Of a DNA stretch of 64,000 nt, positions 20,680-33,360 are shown one piece after another. The position numbers and the translations under genes were made by a program. Origin of the DNA: an uncultured Eubacteriales bacterium (lineage in GTDB: Bacteria; Acidobacteriota; Aminicenantia; Aminicenantales; Aminicenantaceae). How positions within the stretch are numbered: the stretch's first letter is position 1; every line of letters begins with the position of its first letter. The stretch covers positions 19,901-83,900 of the forward strand of contig CAYSCS010000101.1 in NCBI GenBank assembly GCA_964429695.1, written 5' to 3'. The notes under the pieces were generated by a model that searched no databases, had not been told where the DNA came from, and was given only the letters and a program-made list of their open reading frames with translations.

Positions 20680-21441
20680 CTACATAAACATCCCACCATT
20701 GACGCTTATTACCTGCCCTGTGATGTAAGAAGCCTCTTCTGAAACAAGAAACTTGACCACATGGGCAACTTCCTCGGGCGTTCCGAATCTTTTCATGGGT
20801 ATCATCTCGACGAACATCTTTTTCACATTCTCTGGGAGAGACTCTGTCATTGAGGTAGAGATATATCCGGGAGCAATGGCGTTAACAGTAATTCCTCTCG
20901 ATGCCACCTCCCGGGCCAATGCTTTGGTGAATCCTATTAATCCGGCCTTAGAAGCGGCATAGTTTGACTGGCCTGGATTCCCCATCAAACCCACAACCGA
21001 AGAAATGTTGACAATTCGGCCAAAACGGCTGGAAAGCATGTGCCTTATGACCTCTCTAGAAAAATTGAAAGCCCCTTTCAGGTTGACACTTAAGACAGAA
21101 TCCCAGTCCTCCTCTTTCATCCTCACTAAGAGGCTATCTCTCGTGATACCCGCATTGTTTATCAAGTGGTCAATTCTCTTATGCTCCTTAAATATGCGTT
21201 CGACAACCTCCCTCACTCTGGGTGCAAGAGAAACATCAACAACATAACTGAAGGCTTCTCCTCCCTCGCCCCTTATTTCCTCGCAAACCTTGCGCAGCTT
21301 CTCTTCCTGGATATCAACTAAAGCCACCTTTGCCCCCTCCAGGACAAGCTCCTTGGCAATTGCTTCCCCGATTCCTTGAGAGGCTCCAGTGACGATAGAA
21401 ACTCTATCTTTTAGATTCATCTTAAGCCTTAGCTTCAGCAA
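20680..21441 (-). CDS. fabG: 3-oxoacyl-[ACP] reductase (SDR family)
   Basis: Carries 'VTGASQGIGEAIA' Rossmann motif and 'NYAASKAG' catalytic YxxxK. It sits between plsX and acpP. Confidence 0.9.
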   Translation of the reverse strand: MLKLRLKMNLKDRVSIVTGASQGIGEAIAKELVLEGAKVALVDIQEEKLRKVCEEIRGEGGEAFSYVVDVSLAPRVREVVERIFKEHKRIDHLINNAGITRDSLLVRMKEEDWDSVLSVNLKGAFNFSREVIRHMLSSRFGRIVNISSVVGLMGNPGQSNYAASKAGLIGFTKALAREVASRGITVNAIAPGYISTSMTESLPENVKKMFVEMIPMKRFGTPEEVAHVVKFLVSEEASYITGQVISVNGGMFM

Positions 21442-22435
21442 AATAAAAAGAAAATTTCCCTAATTCCTTTTCTATCTTCTCTTGGACCCTGTTCTTCACG
21501 AACTCACTCGCCAGTCTTATGGCGTTTTTTACTGCAGTTGAATTCGAACGGCCATGTCCAATTATGCACACTCCATTTATCCCCAGGAGTGGAGCTCCTC
21601 CGTACTCTGCATAGTTTATCTTCTTGTAAAGTCTTTTAAGGTTTCTTTTCATCAGGAAGAACCCAATTTTCGAGAGAAGGTCCTTCATCACTTCTGTGCG
21701 AGCCATCTTGTAGAGAGTGTCAATCACTCCTTCGCTTGCCTTAAGGGCAACATTTCCCGTAAATCCATCGCTGACGATGATGTCTGCTTTGCCCGAATAG
21801 AGGTCCTTGCCTTCAACATTTCCGATGAAATTTAAGGGGGAGGACTCTAGAAGTTCATAAGTTTCTCTCGTCAGCTCATTCCCCTTTGTGTCCTCCTCTC
21901 CGATGCTCATCAATCCGATTCGAGGGTTCTTCAAACCCAAGACACTTTCCATGAATATCTGCCCCATCACGGCAAACTGCACAAGATGATGAGGCTGGCA
22001 ATTGACACTTGCGCCTACATCGATGAGAAGTGTGGGATTCTTTAAAGATGGTACGAGGAGAGAAAGCCCCGGCTTTTCGATCCCCTTGAGCGAGCCGAGG
22101 ATTTTCTTTGAGATATAGACAACCGCCGCGGTATTTCCCATGCTAACAAAGGCCTCTGCCTCACCATCTTTGATGAGTTGCACGGCGACCCGGATTGAAG
22201 AACGTTGTTTTTTCCGGAAGGAAAGGATGCCTTCACCCATGCCGATGGCCTCTGCGGCATCGATGATGTCTACTTTCCCCTTGAACCGACCGAGCTTAGC
22301 GAACTCTTTCTTGATGAGTTTTTCCACACCGACGAGCAGGACTTCAATCTGGTATTCCTGAGATGCTTTGAGAGCCCCTTCCACTGTTACCTGGGGTGCG
22401 AAGTCTCCTCCCATCGCATCCAGAGCGATCCTCAT
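21422..22435 (-). CDS. plsX: Phosphate acyltransferase
   Basis: The N-terminus 'MRIALDAMGGDFAP' is the PlsX signature. Confidence 0.92.
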   Translation of the reverse strand: MRIALDAMGGDFAPQVTVEGALKASQEYQIEVLLVGVEKLIKKEFAKLGRFKGKVDIIDAAEAIGMGEGILSFRKKQRSSIRVAVQLIKDGEAEAFVSMGNTAAVVYISKKILGSLKGIEKPGLSLLVPSLKNPTLLIDVGASVNCQPHHLVQFAVMGQIFMESVLGLKNPRIGLMSIGEEDTKGNELTRETYELLESSPLNFIGNVEGKDLYSGKADIIVSDGFTGNVALKASEGVIDTLYKMARTEVMKDLLSKIGFFLMKRNLKRLYKKINYAEYGGAPLLGINGVCIIGHGRSNSTAVKNAIRLASEFVKNRVQEKIEKELGKFSFYFAEAKA

Positions 22436-22447
22436 GCCTTAACCCTT

Positions 22448-22630
22448 TTACTCTTCTGCGCCTTCAATAACCTGCCTCTCCTTATAAAATCCACACTCAG
22501 GGCAAGCACGGTGAGGCAATTTTGGATTCCCACAATTGGGGCAAATAGAGAGAGGGGGAATAGGTAGCGCATCATGCGCCCTTCTCTTCATTTTTCTTGA
22601 ATGAGAATGTCTTCGTTTAGGATTTGCCAT
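22448..22630 (-). CDS. rpmF: 50S ribosomal protein L32
   Basis: 'MANPKRRHSHSRKMKRRAH' plus a CxxC...CxxC zinc ribbon. Confidence 0.9.
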   Translation of the reverse strand: MANPKRRHSHSRKMKRRAHDALPIPPLSICPNCGNPKLPHRACPECGFYKERQVIEGAEE

Positions 22631-23161
22631 TTAGTTTTTATCTCTCAGAAATATTTTAAGTTTTTGAAGCCGCGGATCCGAATCCTCTCTCAAGCAAGAG
22701 CATTCCCCGTTCCTTATTACCTTCCCGCATACTGGGCATATTCCCTGACATGTCTCAGAACAGAGCGGCTTGACGGGGAAAGTCAAGTTGAGTTGCTCCA
22801 GGACAATCTCTCTAATGTTTATGCTCCGATGGTAGTAGAAGAGCTTATTCATATCATCTTCTTCAAGTTGCTCCTTTAGAATATCGAACTCTTCAGGAAA
22901 ATAGACAAGATAGAAGCTAGAATCCACACGATATTCATAGGGAGAAAGGCAACGACTGCAGATGAAGCTCAGAGAAGTCTTAATCTTCCCTTTGACATGA
23001 ACCTCCTCCCCAACTTTTTTAACAGTGAGCTTTGCTGTCACAGGTTCAAAAAATACGGCACTTTCTTCGACTAAATCCACACTCAAAAACTCAAATTCCT
23101 TGGAAATCTCTAAGCCTTCTTTGGGCAATCTATCTACATCGATTATCATTTTCTTCTCCAA
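22631..23161 (-). CDS. yceD: YceD/DUF177 family protein (large-subunit rRNA accumulation protein)
   Basis: 176 aa with C-terminal CxxC...CxxC. It abuts rpmF in the conserved yceD-rpmF-plsX position. Confidence 0.75.
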   Translation of the reverse strand: MEKKMIIDVDRLPKEGLEISKEFEFLSVDLVEESAVFFEPVTAKLTVKKVGEEVHVKGKIKTSLSFICSRCLSPYEYRVDSSFYLVYFPEEFDILKEQLEEDDMNKLFYYHRSINIREIVLEQLNLTFPVKPLCSETCQGICPVCGKVIRNGECSCLREDSDPRLQKLKIFLRDKN

Positions 23162-24280
23162 AAAATAAGTTTCTCTATTATATCATCTTAACTTCCTTTG
23201 TCAATCTTGGAACCTCATTTAGGCATAGCCATGGCTCTAAATGCAAGCTAATTTAGAAAGGCTCTTTTCCAGCTCAGTTGATAAAAACTCATAGGGAAAA
23301 AGGAAAAGAAATACATTTCTTTGTTTAATCTTATCTTTCATTCTTCAGCTTATATCGCGACCCTTATTTCTAAGGTTTCTTCAATGATATCTTCTAATCC
23401 CTGGTGCGAAGACTAACTTTTTATCAATTATCAACTTATCAATTATCAACTAATCTGGAGATGAACTTTAGAATTAAATAACTTTAAGTAAGCATATAGG
23501 TGACCCGCGAGGAATTAACCCCATTTCTCAATTTATGGCTTCAAGTTTATGCGCTCTTATTGTGACTAAAAAGATATTTTCAGGAAACTAAAAATGGATT
23601 CAACTCCGTCAAGTTCATTAGAGAGGTGTTCTCATTATTAATTTCCCTGCAAAACTCCTCAGCCAAAGTCTCTCTCGAGGCTTTCTGATCATTTCTGATC
23701 ATTAATATCCTAGATTCTCTAATTTTGCTAACATAAAATCGCGATGAGACTTTCTTTGTAAATCAAGGCTATATTTCTTAAAAGATTTGGGTCTGGGTTT
23801 CACATTCTGTTTTCCAGAAAATGAGCATTCGGGCTCTGCTTCACGTTAAGGAATGATAATTAAGGGAATGTTCCTTATTTCAATTTGTGCCACGTTTCCG
23901 GTTTGAGAAAATACTCGGGAAAGGTTTGGGCGATCCCGAATTGGAGCTTCACATTCATTTTGTCAAAGTCAATTATTCTCTAAAAAAGGTAAGAGGAGAC
24001 GCAGAATATCAACATTTGAAAAAAGATTGCTTTGCTTCAATTATGCAATCATGGGTGGGCTTCTTCGAATAAATTGAAAAGATTTTTAAAGAAAAGGCTT
24101 AATTCAGGGCAAGCTCATTGACTAAGAGCATAAAGTAGACAAAAATAGGCAAATGCTCATCACTCATAAATTAAAACTAAATTTTTTTATATCTTATTAG
24201 GACTTTATATTTATAATTTATTCCCCTCTGACTAAATCTCCGCTTCGAGCTTTTAGAGCAGGGGCTTTTTTTAGTCAGGA

Positions 24281-24724
24281 TTAATCCCTCTCCTCAGAGA
24301 TTGAGAGGCAAATGGCTCTTACAGCCTCAGGAAGCGCCTTGATTTTACGCTCCTTGTAATCGAAGCAGACAATGCCTGTCTCTGCCAGGGCTATCGGTTT
24401 ATTGTCTGAAATTCGGGTCACGCGGAAAAAGACGCGGAAACTGCTCCGAGTGGGTTCTCCCGCAGCAACCTCAAATTTAAGGACATCCCCAGCAAAGGCT
24501 TCGCCCTGATAGACTATGGCTGCATCTCCCATGGTAGTAGATACTCCGCCACAATTCATCTCAGTGAATCCATACCCAGCAAGAAACTGGGTGCGTGCCT
24601 CATGGAGAAGCGAGAGAAGCGCATCGTTGCCCAGATGTCCTCCATAATTCAAATCGGTTATGCGGATTCTGATCTCCGTACTAAAAGAATAATGAGGGAG
24701 GGGTTTTAGTTTAATTCTTGGCAT
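24281..24724 (-). CDS. Hotdog-fold acyl-CoA thioesterase (4HBT/YbgC-like)
   Basis: 147 aa carrying 'TDLNYGGHLGNDALLSLLHEAR', a thioesterase-superfamily motif. Confidence 0.7.
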   Translation of the reverse strand: MPRIKLKPLPHYSFSTEIRIRITDLNYGGHLGNDALLSLLHEARTQFLAGYGFTEMNCGGVSTTMGDAAIVYQGEAFAGDVLKFEVAAGEPTRSSFRVFFRVTRISDNKPIALAETGIVCFDYKERKIKALPEAVRAICLSISEERD

Positions 24725-26110
24725 AGCAACCCTTATTTACCAAGGATGAGATAAATTTTCAACCTGGACTGAAAACTAGATTTAGATTCGATTGAGTTCA
24801 ATATTCAAGCATGGGTATCCTTATTTCCTTAAGGCTTTTAACCCCAACGTCATAATCATACTCCGGCACTGTTCATATTCTTCGAAGACCTTAATGCGCT
24901 GTTTCTGCCATAAGAAAAATTATCTTTCTTTTCTCCTCCCATGTGCTTATTACGATAAGAGTGATGCTCTTTATTCGAATGATAATCTTTTTTAATCCTA
25001 GCGTAGAGAGTAGAATAGCGCTCAACATAAACCTTGACTTAAGGCTTTTTGAAGGATTCATCTCTCCAAAGCAACTTTGAGGAGCCAAAATGAAAACTCA
25101 AAAAAACGACTTTGAATGCTGACTAGCACAAAAAAATATTTGTTCAGCATTCTGGCGCTGACATTCACCATTAGTTTACCGAAGTCCCTCTCTCATCGTC
25201 ACCCTCACCCCTACAACCTACAGGTGATCCCTTGTTAGACATTGCAAAGGCAGGAATGTATGAGGAGGAATCAACCTGTTTTCTATGATGGGAGGAGAGC
25301 CCCAAGCAACTCTGGCCAGCACATAGAAAAAAACATTTATGATTTCACGGCTTTTTATATTTGATGCGTGTACTCCCAAGCTCCTCCCTCCTCTTTTATG
25401 TAAAAAACAAAAACTGGTCATAATGGCTTCAGCCACAATTACCATCTCTCGCAGGAGAAGATGGAGAGAAGATTTCCTCAAGAAGAGAACCCCAAGACTG
25501 CAGCCAGGCTCTAACCTTTTCGAGTTCTATTCGAGCGAAGCTATCCTGCTCAGTTCTCCCCAATTCTTTCTTCCTTTCCAGGGCTATCTCCGGCATCAAC
25601 TCCGAAAGTATGAATCCGGCTCTTTGGCCGAAGAGGAAGTTCAGAGAGGATAACATCGGCCTTTTACTTCCTATAGAATTAAATTGAGGAGGACCTATGA
25701 ATTATTGAAGAGGAAAGGAGAATAGGTTTTACTCTCTCAATAAACTGAATAAAAGAATATAAATCTTCAAGGACAACATAAATTTAAAATAATCCTTCTT
25801 CCTGAAGAAACTTTGATAGATATTGCTCTTATTCCAGATGAAAAAATTTATTCCTTGATAATCAATTCAGAAAATCATGATCCTGCCCAATTCTCAAGGA
25901 AAAATGATTAAAAATAAGCTTAAAAAGAATCCAACTCACCTGGGCGCCTGAGGCTCAGAAGATTCAAGGAGTGGAGAAGGAATCCTGGCTGGAGAGATGG
26001 ATAAACCTTCAATTCATTTGATCACAATAACTCCTCTGTCTTCCCCCTCTAACTTTCTCCTCTTCTATTGACAGAAGAAGTTTCATCAGATATTAATCAT
26101 CTAAAGAAAA

Positions 26111-26863
26111 ATGGAGACTTTGGGTTTGATCGATGTTCATGCCCACCTTGAGGAACTACCTGACCTTGCTAAGGATATAAAAGAGGCAAAAGAAGCGGGC
26201 GTCATCGCCATCATTGGCGTCGGGAGTGGGCTTGAATCAAATAAAAAAATCCTCGAAATTGCAAAGACAAATCCAAATTATATTTTTCCAGCTTTAGGCT
26301 ATCATCCCTGGGAAATAAATGAAGAAGAAGTAAAAGAAAATCTTCTTTTCCTCCGTTCTCATATTCATGAATGTATTGCCCTGGGTGAGGTTGGGTTAGA
26401 TTACAAGACCAAGGTTAAGAAAGAACTGCAGAGTAAAGTTTTCAATGAAATCCTCGATATGGCTTTTGAATTTAATAAACCTGTTATTATTCACTCTCGA
26501 TATTCCCATGAGAAGACACTGAGAATGGTTGAGGAGAAGGGAGTTCGGCAAGCAGTTTTTCACTGGTATACCGGGCCTTCTGAGTTGCTCGCCGAGATTC
26601 TATCTAGAGGCTATTTCATTTCAGCCACCCCTGCCCTTGCCTACAGCCCTCCCCATCAGGAAGCCATCAAAAAAACTCCCCTAGAAAAAATTTTGCTGGA
26701 GACTGACTCGCCCGTCTCGTATCAAGGAAGGGAATCAAGACCTAAAGATGTGAGAATTACCCTTGAGCTAGTCTCCTCTCTCAAAGGGATTGATCTTCAA
26801 ACTGTTCAAAGACAGACAAACATTAATGCCACTCAATTCTTCAAGCTCCCCTTTATTACCTAA
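26111..26863 (+). CDS. tatD: TatD family metal-dependent hydrolase
   Basis: Carries 'IDVHAHLEEL' and a 'VIIHSR' motif, plus 'ETDSP' near the C-terminus. Confidence 0.88.
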   Translation: METLGLIDVHAHLEELPDLAKDIKEAKEAGVIAIIGVGSGLESNKKILEIAKTNPNYIFPALGYHPWEINEEEVKENLLFLRSHIHECIALGEVGLDYKTKVKKELQSKVFNEILDMAFEFNKPVIIHSRYSHEKTLRMVEEKGVRQAVFHWYTGPSELLAEILSRGYFISATPALAYSPPHQEAIKKTPLEKILLETDSPVSYQGRESRPKDVRITLELVSSLKGIDLQTVQRQTNINATQFFKLPFIT

Positions 26864-27544
26864 TCTGATTTTTATTCAATAGTTTTCTTAATTTTTTTAA
26901 CTCTATCCCATTTTTCCTTTTTTGCCGAAAGCTTCTCGATTCACCTTACCAAACGCCTCTCCCTCTTTGACGCTTTATTTCGAGGTTATGAGTGGAGCGG
27001 AGGGAATACTTAGAGTTTATCGCTCGAGTGCCTTTCCATATTCCCGATAATGGCCAGCTTGTTGTGCATTATTAAGGCTGCTAAGCTAAGACCCATCAGG
27101 GACCGGCGAAGATGAAAAGTTTCGCAGCCTGCAAACCCCCGGCGACCTCTCTGCTTCGGTTCAGGATTTATCGCTTCACCGCCTGGTATCGAAGAATTTC
27201 TGAAGAATCGGGCTGGATTTTCCCTCAAGCACTTCACCCTTAACTTCTGGGCTGTGGGTGAACTGACCAAAAGGAAACACCATCACTCTCTCCCTCTCTC
27301 CACCTTTGGGGGCAGGTGTTCCCAAAAAGAGGCCCCTTATCAGGCTTTTGATAATCGTCTCCATATACACAAGGCAGGGGGCTAACCTCATATAAATCTT
27401 CCAGACTGGGAGCCTGCAATTTTTCATTCTCTCGCAGGCCTCCTAAGCAACCCAATTTTAACATTGGCTAATTTCTATAGTGGCATTTTTTTGATAGGCA
27501 TCGAATCAAGGCTCTGCTTCAAAGCTTGAGAGGTATTAGCAGTG

Positions 27545-29400
<1,856 letters not shown>

Positions 29401-30375
29401 CAGGGAAATCCCCACATTGACAACGATTCCTCATCGTTGAACTGGTTTGAGAAAGGTTTGGGGAGTGTCAAAGGAGTCCTGTAATTCCTCAGGAAGGAAG
29501 ACTTGAGTATGTCCGTCTTTCAAAAGTGCTGAAAATTTCTCAAAGACTAAATAATACTCAAGTGTAGATTTCGTACCTAATACTTCAGGTATAAAATCTT
29601 TGAAAACTTTCTCCCAATCAAGTTCTGGATGGAATCTGGATGGAACCTGGTCAGAGAAGGCGAAATTGTAGTCTGCTTCCTTCCAGAATAGGGCAAGACC
29701 ATAAATTTTTTCGACATCAGAAAGATTTTAAGTTTTTTCCCCTGAGAATCTGCCCTGCCTGCGTGGATAAATAAGAAGAGCTTAAGATTGATAAAGGAAG
29801 GAAAGTGGTCAAGATAATAATCTTTTTGTTCATCGGATTCTTCCCCAATATAGCGACTGTATATCAGCCGAAAAGGTTGCCCAAAAATGCCAGCTAATCT
29901 TTAAAATTTATTCAAGAAAGGAAAAAGAAAGGTTAGAGAGAATCTTTATATCCAGAATTAAGGCACGGCAACACTTGAAAAAACATAATTCGAAAAAGAG
30001 AGGGGAAAGGGCCTAGAAAATCGAGCCTGGTCTAACGGGGACTAAGGATTGGGAAGGCTATTTGCTTTCGGCTTTGAGGTGCAGGAAAAAATCAGGAATA
30101 ATAGCTCAACTCAACCTCCGCTTTTTAAGTTTCGAGCTCTAGATTGGCCTTGTCATGAGAACCATAAACACATTGAAAAATTAAATGAGGGATTTAAGTA
30201 AAGAAATAAATTAGGGAATCCTTGGCTTCTTGGTAAGGCTCTTCATAAAACTTAATCTTCTGCCTTTTATTTATATGTTTGAAGATGGAAAGAGAAGTTT
30301 CGTTTAAATCCGAATGCCTAAATAAAAATAAGGTGTCTTATGATTATTTTATTGGCTTGATATCTTGCCCATTCA

Positions 30376-30660
30376 ATGTATAATAATAATGAAAAATTGA
30401 TGCAAGGATTCAACACTGAATTAAAGCATAAAGGCGTCATCTTCCACATCCAGACTCAAGATAAAGGATTAGGGGCACAGTATGTGGAATCCCTCATCTA
30501 TTGCTCGGGAAAGGTCCTTGCCTCTCGGAAAACTTTCTACACATCTTTTCTCAACAGCCCTGACTTGAATGAAAAAATAAATCAAATCATAAAGACTCAA
30601 CACAGACAGATTCTTAAAGAAATTTCTGAAGGAAAATTTGATCGCTTTTTATCTCCTTGA
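30376..30660 (+). CDS. Hypothetical 94-aa protein
   Basis: An intact ORF immediately upstream of polA, 12 nt before the polA start. No recognisable motif. Confidence 0.35.
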   Translation: MYNNNEKLMQGFNTELKHKGVIFHIQTQDKGLGAQYVESLIYCSGKVLASRKTFYTSFLNSPDLNEKINQIIKTQHRQILKEISEGKFDRFLSP

Positions 30661-30672
30661 GGTTTACTTTTT

Positions 30673-33351
30673 TTGACGGAAAAAAAGAGGCTTTTCCTTA
30701 TCGACGGAAATTCTCTCCTTTATCGTTCCTATTACGCCATCCAGAGACTTTCAACCTCTGAAGGATTCCCCACCAATGCCATCTATGGCTTTCTTACCAC
30801 CCTGAAGAAACTCAGGGAAAAGGAGAAACCTGATTACCTGGGGATTGTCTTCGACACTCAAGGACCTACCATCCGCCACGAAGCCTTCAAAGAATACAAG
30901 GCCCACCGCAAGCCTATGCCAGAGGATCTGATGAGTCAGCTCCCTGTGCTCAAAAGACTGATCAATGCACTTAACCTCGTCTTTTTTGAGTATGAAAATT
31001 ATGAAGCTGATGACGTCATCGCCAGCCTTGCCCGTCTTGCTTCATTGAGGGGCATTCATACTGTCATTGTTTCCACGGATAAAGATTTACTCCAAATTGT
31101 GGACGAGAAAACAACCCTTTACAACCCGGCAAAAGAGATTTATCTGGATGAGAAGAGCGTGGAAGACTCTTTCGGCGTCTCTCCTTCACAGGTGGCAGAT
31201 GTTCTTGCCCTCTGGGGAGACCCTTCTGATAACATCCCGGGGGTCCCAGGAATTGGAGAAAAAACCTCAAAGACTCTGCTCAAGGAATTTGGCTCGCTTG
31301 AAAATCTCATCTGTAACCTTGAAAAGGTGAAGAATCCTCGCTTGAGAGAAAGCATAAGACAAAATCTTGATCGCCTGAAAATAAGTCAACAACTGGCAAA
31401 AGTCAAAAGGGATCTTCCCTTGAGCCTTGACTTAGAAAAACTCTCAGTTTCTGAGCCAAACTACCGGGAACTAATTCCTCTTCTTCATGAACTTGAGTTT
31501 TCCTCCCTCCTCCAGGATTATTCACGAAGAACAGATGACACAAAGAAAAAATATAAAGCAGTCCTCAACGAGGATGAACTTCAGGCTCTCCTTAATGAAG
31601 CGAAAAGAAAAGGCTTTCTGGCCCTAGATACAGAAACCACAAGTCCGTTTCCTGTTCGAGCTCAGCTTGTAGGGCTTTCATTATCCTGGGAGGAGAATGA
31701 GGCCTTCTATATTCCCCTGAGGCATGACTATCCTGGAGCACCTCCCCAGATTCCGGTGGAAAAGGCAATTTCGCTTCTTAAAAAGATTCTTTCTGATTCC
31801 TCGGTGAGGAAAATAGGGCAGAACATAAAATATGACTCCATTGTCCTAGAAAAGGAAGGGTTAAAACTCGAAGGAATTGACCTAGACACCATGGTCCTTT
31901 CTTACTTGTTAGAGCCAAACTGGGGAAAACACAGCCTCGATCGAATCGCCCTTCATTACCTCCAGACAAAAACCATCTCTTATGAGGAGCTAGTGGGAAA
32001 AAGGCAAAAAGAAGTCACGGTAAACAAGATTCCCCTCGAGAAGGTAACTCCCTATGCGTGTCAGGACGCAGACCTTGCCCTCCAACTGAGCAGCCTTCTC
32101 TGGAAGAAGGTTAAAGAAAAAAATCTGGATAAACTCTACAGAGAAATTGAACTCCCGCTCATCAATGTCCTCGCAGATATGGAAAAGTGGGGAGTTAAAA
32201 TTGACCCCGAAGTTCTAAAAGCCCTTTCCCTTGAACTAGAATGCGAGCTTAAATATCTTGAAGAAAAAATATTCCACATCTCAGGAATCGAATTCAACAT
32301 CAACTCTCCCCAGCAACTGGGCCATATTCTCTTCGAAAAAATGAATCTTCCTTCTTCAAAAAAGACAAGGAGATCCAAGAGATATTCAACAGATTTTAAT
32401 GTCTTACAGGACCTTACTCCTTCTTTTCCCATTGCAAGATATCTCATCGAATACAGACAGCTCTCAAAATTGAAATCAACCTACGCCGACTCCCTCCCCC
32501 TTCTCATCCATCCCGATACAGGAAGGATTCACACTTCTTACAATCAGACTGTAACCGCAACAGGAAGGCTTTCAAGCAGCGATCCTAATCTCCAGAATAT
32601 CCCTGCAAGGGGAGAGCTCGGACGTAAGTTCCGCGAGGCTTTTATCCCCGAACAAAATTGCTTTTTCCTTCGTGCCGATTACTCTCAGATTGAACTCAGG
32701 GTCTTGGCTCATCTCTCAGAAGACCCCGTGCTTATCGAAACCTTTCTCAGCGACAGAGACATTCATCAAGAAACCGCGACCCGAGTTTTTGGTGCTTTCT
32801 CCTCTCTTTCACCAGAAGAGATGCGCAGGAAAGCAAAGATAATTAACTTCAGCATCATCTATGGTGCCTCGGCTTTTTCTCTCGCCAGAGAATTGGAAAC
32901 CACTCCTTCCGAGGCGCAGAAATTTATCCAGGTTTATTTCTCCCAGCATCCAAAAGTCGAGGATTTCCTGAACATGAAAGTCAAGGAGGCAAGCGAAAAA
33001 GGTTATGCAGAAACGATTTTTGGGAGGAAACGCTCCATACCCGAGCTTAAACATAAAAACAAGGCTTCTCAGCTTGCAGGAAGACGCATCGCCCTTAACA
33101 CTCCCATCCAGGGCACAGCAGCCGATTTGATGAAGAAAGCCATGGTAGATATCTGGAAAGAAATGAAGAGAAGAAAACTCAACTCAAAAATGATTCTCCA
33201 AGTTCATGATGAACTTGTCTTTGAAGTGCCCGATGGAGAGAGAGAGGAAATGGAATCCCTCGTCCGCCAGAAAATGGAAAAGGTTTTCCCTTTAAAGGTC
33301 CCCTTAAAAGTTCATCTTTCCTGGGGGATAAACTGGGCAGAGGCAAAATAG
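30673..33351 (+). CDS. polA: DNA polymerase I
   Basis: The 5'-3' exonuclease N-terminus reads 'LFLIDGNSLLYRSYYA'. The 3'-5' exonuclease domain shows 'LALDTETTS'. The polymerase motifs 'RRKAKIINFSIIYG' and 'LQVHDELVFEV' are present. Confidence 0.95.
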   Translation: MTEKKRLFLIDGNSLLYRSYYAIQRLSTSEGFPTNAIYGFLTTLKKLREKEKPDYLGIVFDTQGPTIRHEAFKEYKAHRKPMPEDLMSQLPVLKRLINALNLVFFEYENYEADDVIASLARLASLRGIHTVIVSTDKDLLQIVDEKTTLYNPAKEIYLDEKSVEDSFGVSPSQVADVLALWGDPSDNIPGVPGIGEKTSKTLLKEFGSLENLICNLEKVKNPRLRESIRQNLDRLKISQQLAKVKRDLPLSLDLEKLSVSEPNYRELIPLLHELEFSSLLQDYSRRTDDTKKKYKAVLNEDELQALLNEAKRKGFLALDTETTSPFPVRAQLVGLSLSWEENEAFYIPLRHDYPGAPPQIPVEKAISLLKKILSDSSVRKIGQNIKYDSIVLEKEGLKLEGIDLDTMVLSYLLEPNWGKHSLDRIALHYLQTKTISYEELVGKRQKEVTVNKIPLEKVTPYACQDADLALQLSSLLWKKVKEKNLDKLYREIELPLINVLADMEKWGVKIDPEVLKALSLELECELKYLEEKIFHISGIEFNINSPQQLGHILFEKMNLPSSKKTRRSKRYSTDFNVLQDLTPSFPIARYLIEYRQLSKLKSTYADSLPLLIHPDTGRIHTSYNQTVTATGRLSSSDPNLQNIPARGELGRKFREAFIPEQNCFFLRADYSQIELRVLAHLSEDPVLIETFLSDRDIHQETATRVFGAFSSLSPEEMRRKAKIINFSIIYGASAFSLARELETTPSEAQKFIQVYFSQHPKVEDFLNMKVKEASEKGYAETIFGRKRSIPELKHKNKASQLAGRRIALNTPIQGTAADLMKKAMVDIWKEMKRRKLNSKMILQVHDELVFEVPDGEREEMESLVRQKMEKVFPLKVPLKVHLSWGINWAEAK

Positions 33352-33360
33352 CAACTTGTT

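Noticed and set aside
23418-23456. TTATCAA repeats interpreted as DnaA boxes (a second origin).
   Set aside because: The unit matches TTATCCACA only at TTATC. Real high-scoring DnaA boxes flank dnaA at 43.3-44.9 kb. The repeat is more plausibly a regulator site.
27010-27464. Three overlapping minus-strand ORFs (75-86 aa) that might be a small gene cluster.
   Set aside because: They occupy all three frames over the same DNA, which is the signature of one frameshifted relic rather than three genes. No motif was recognised.
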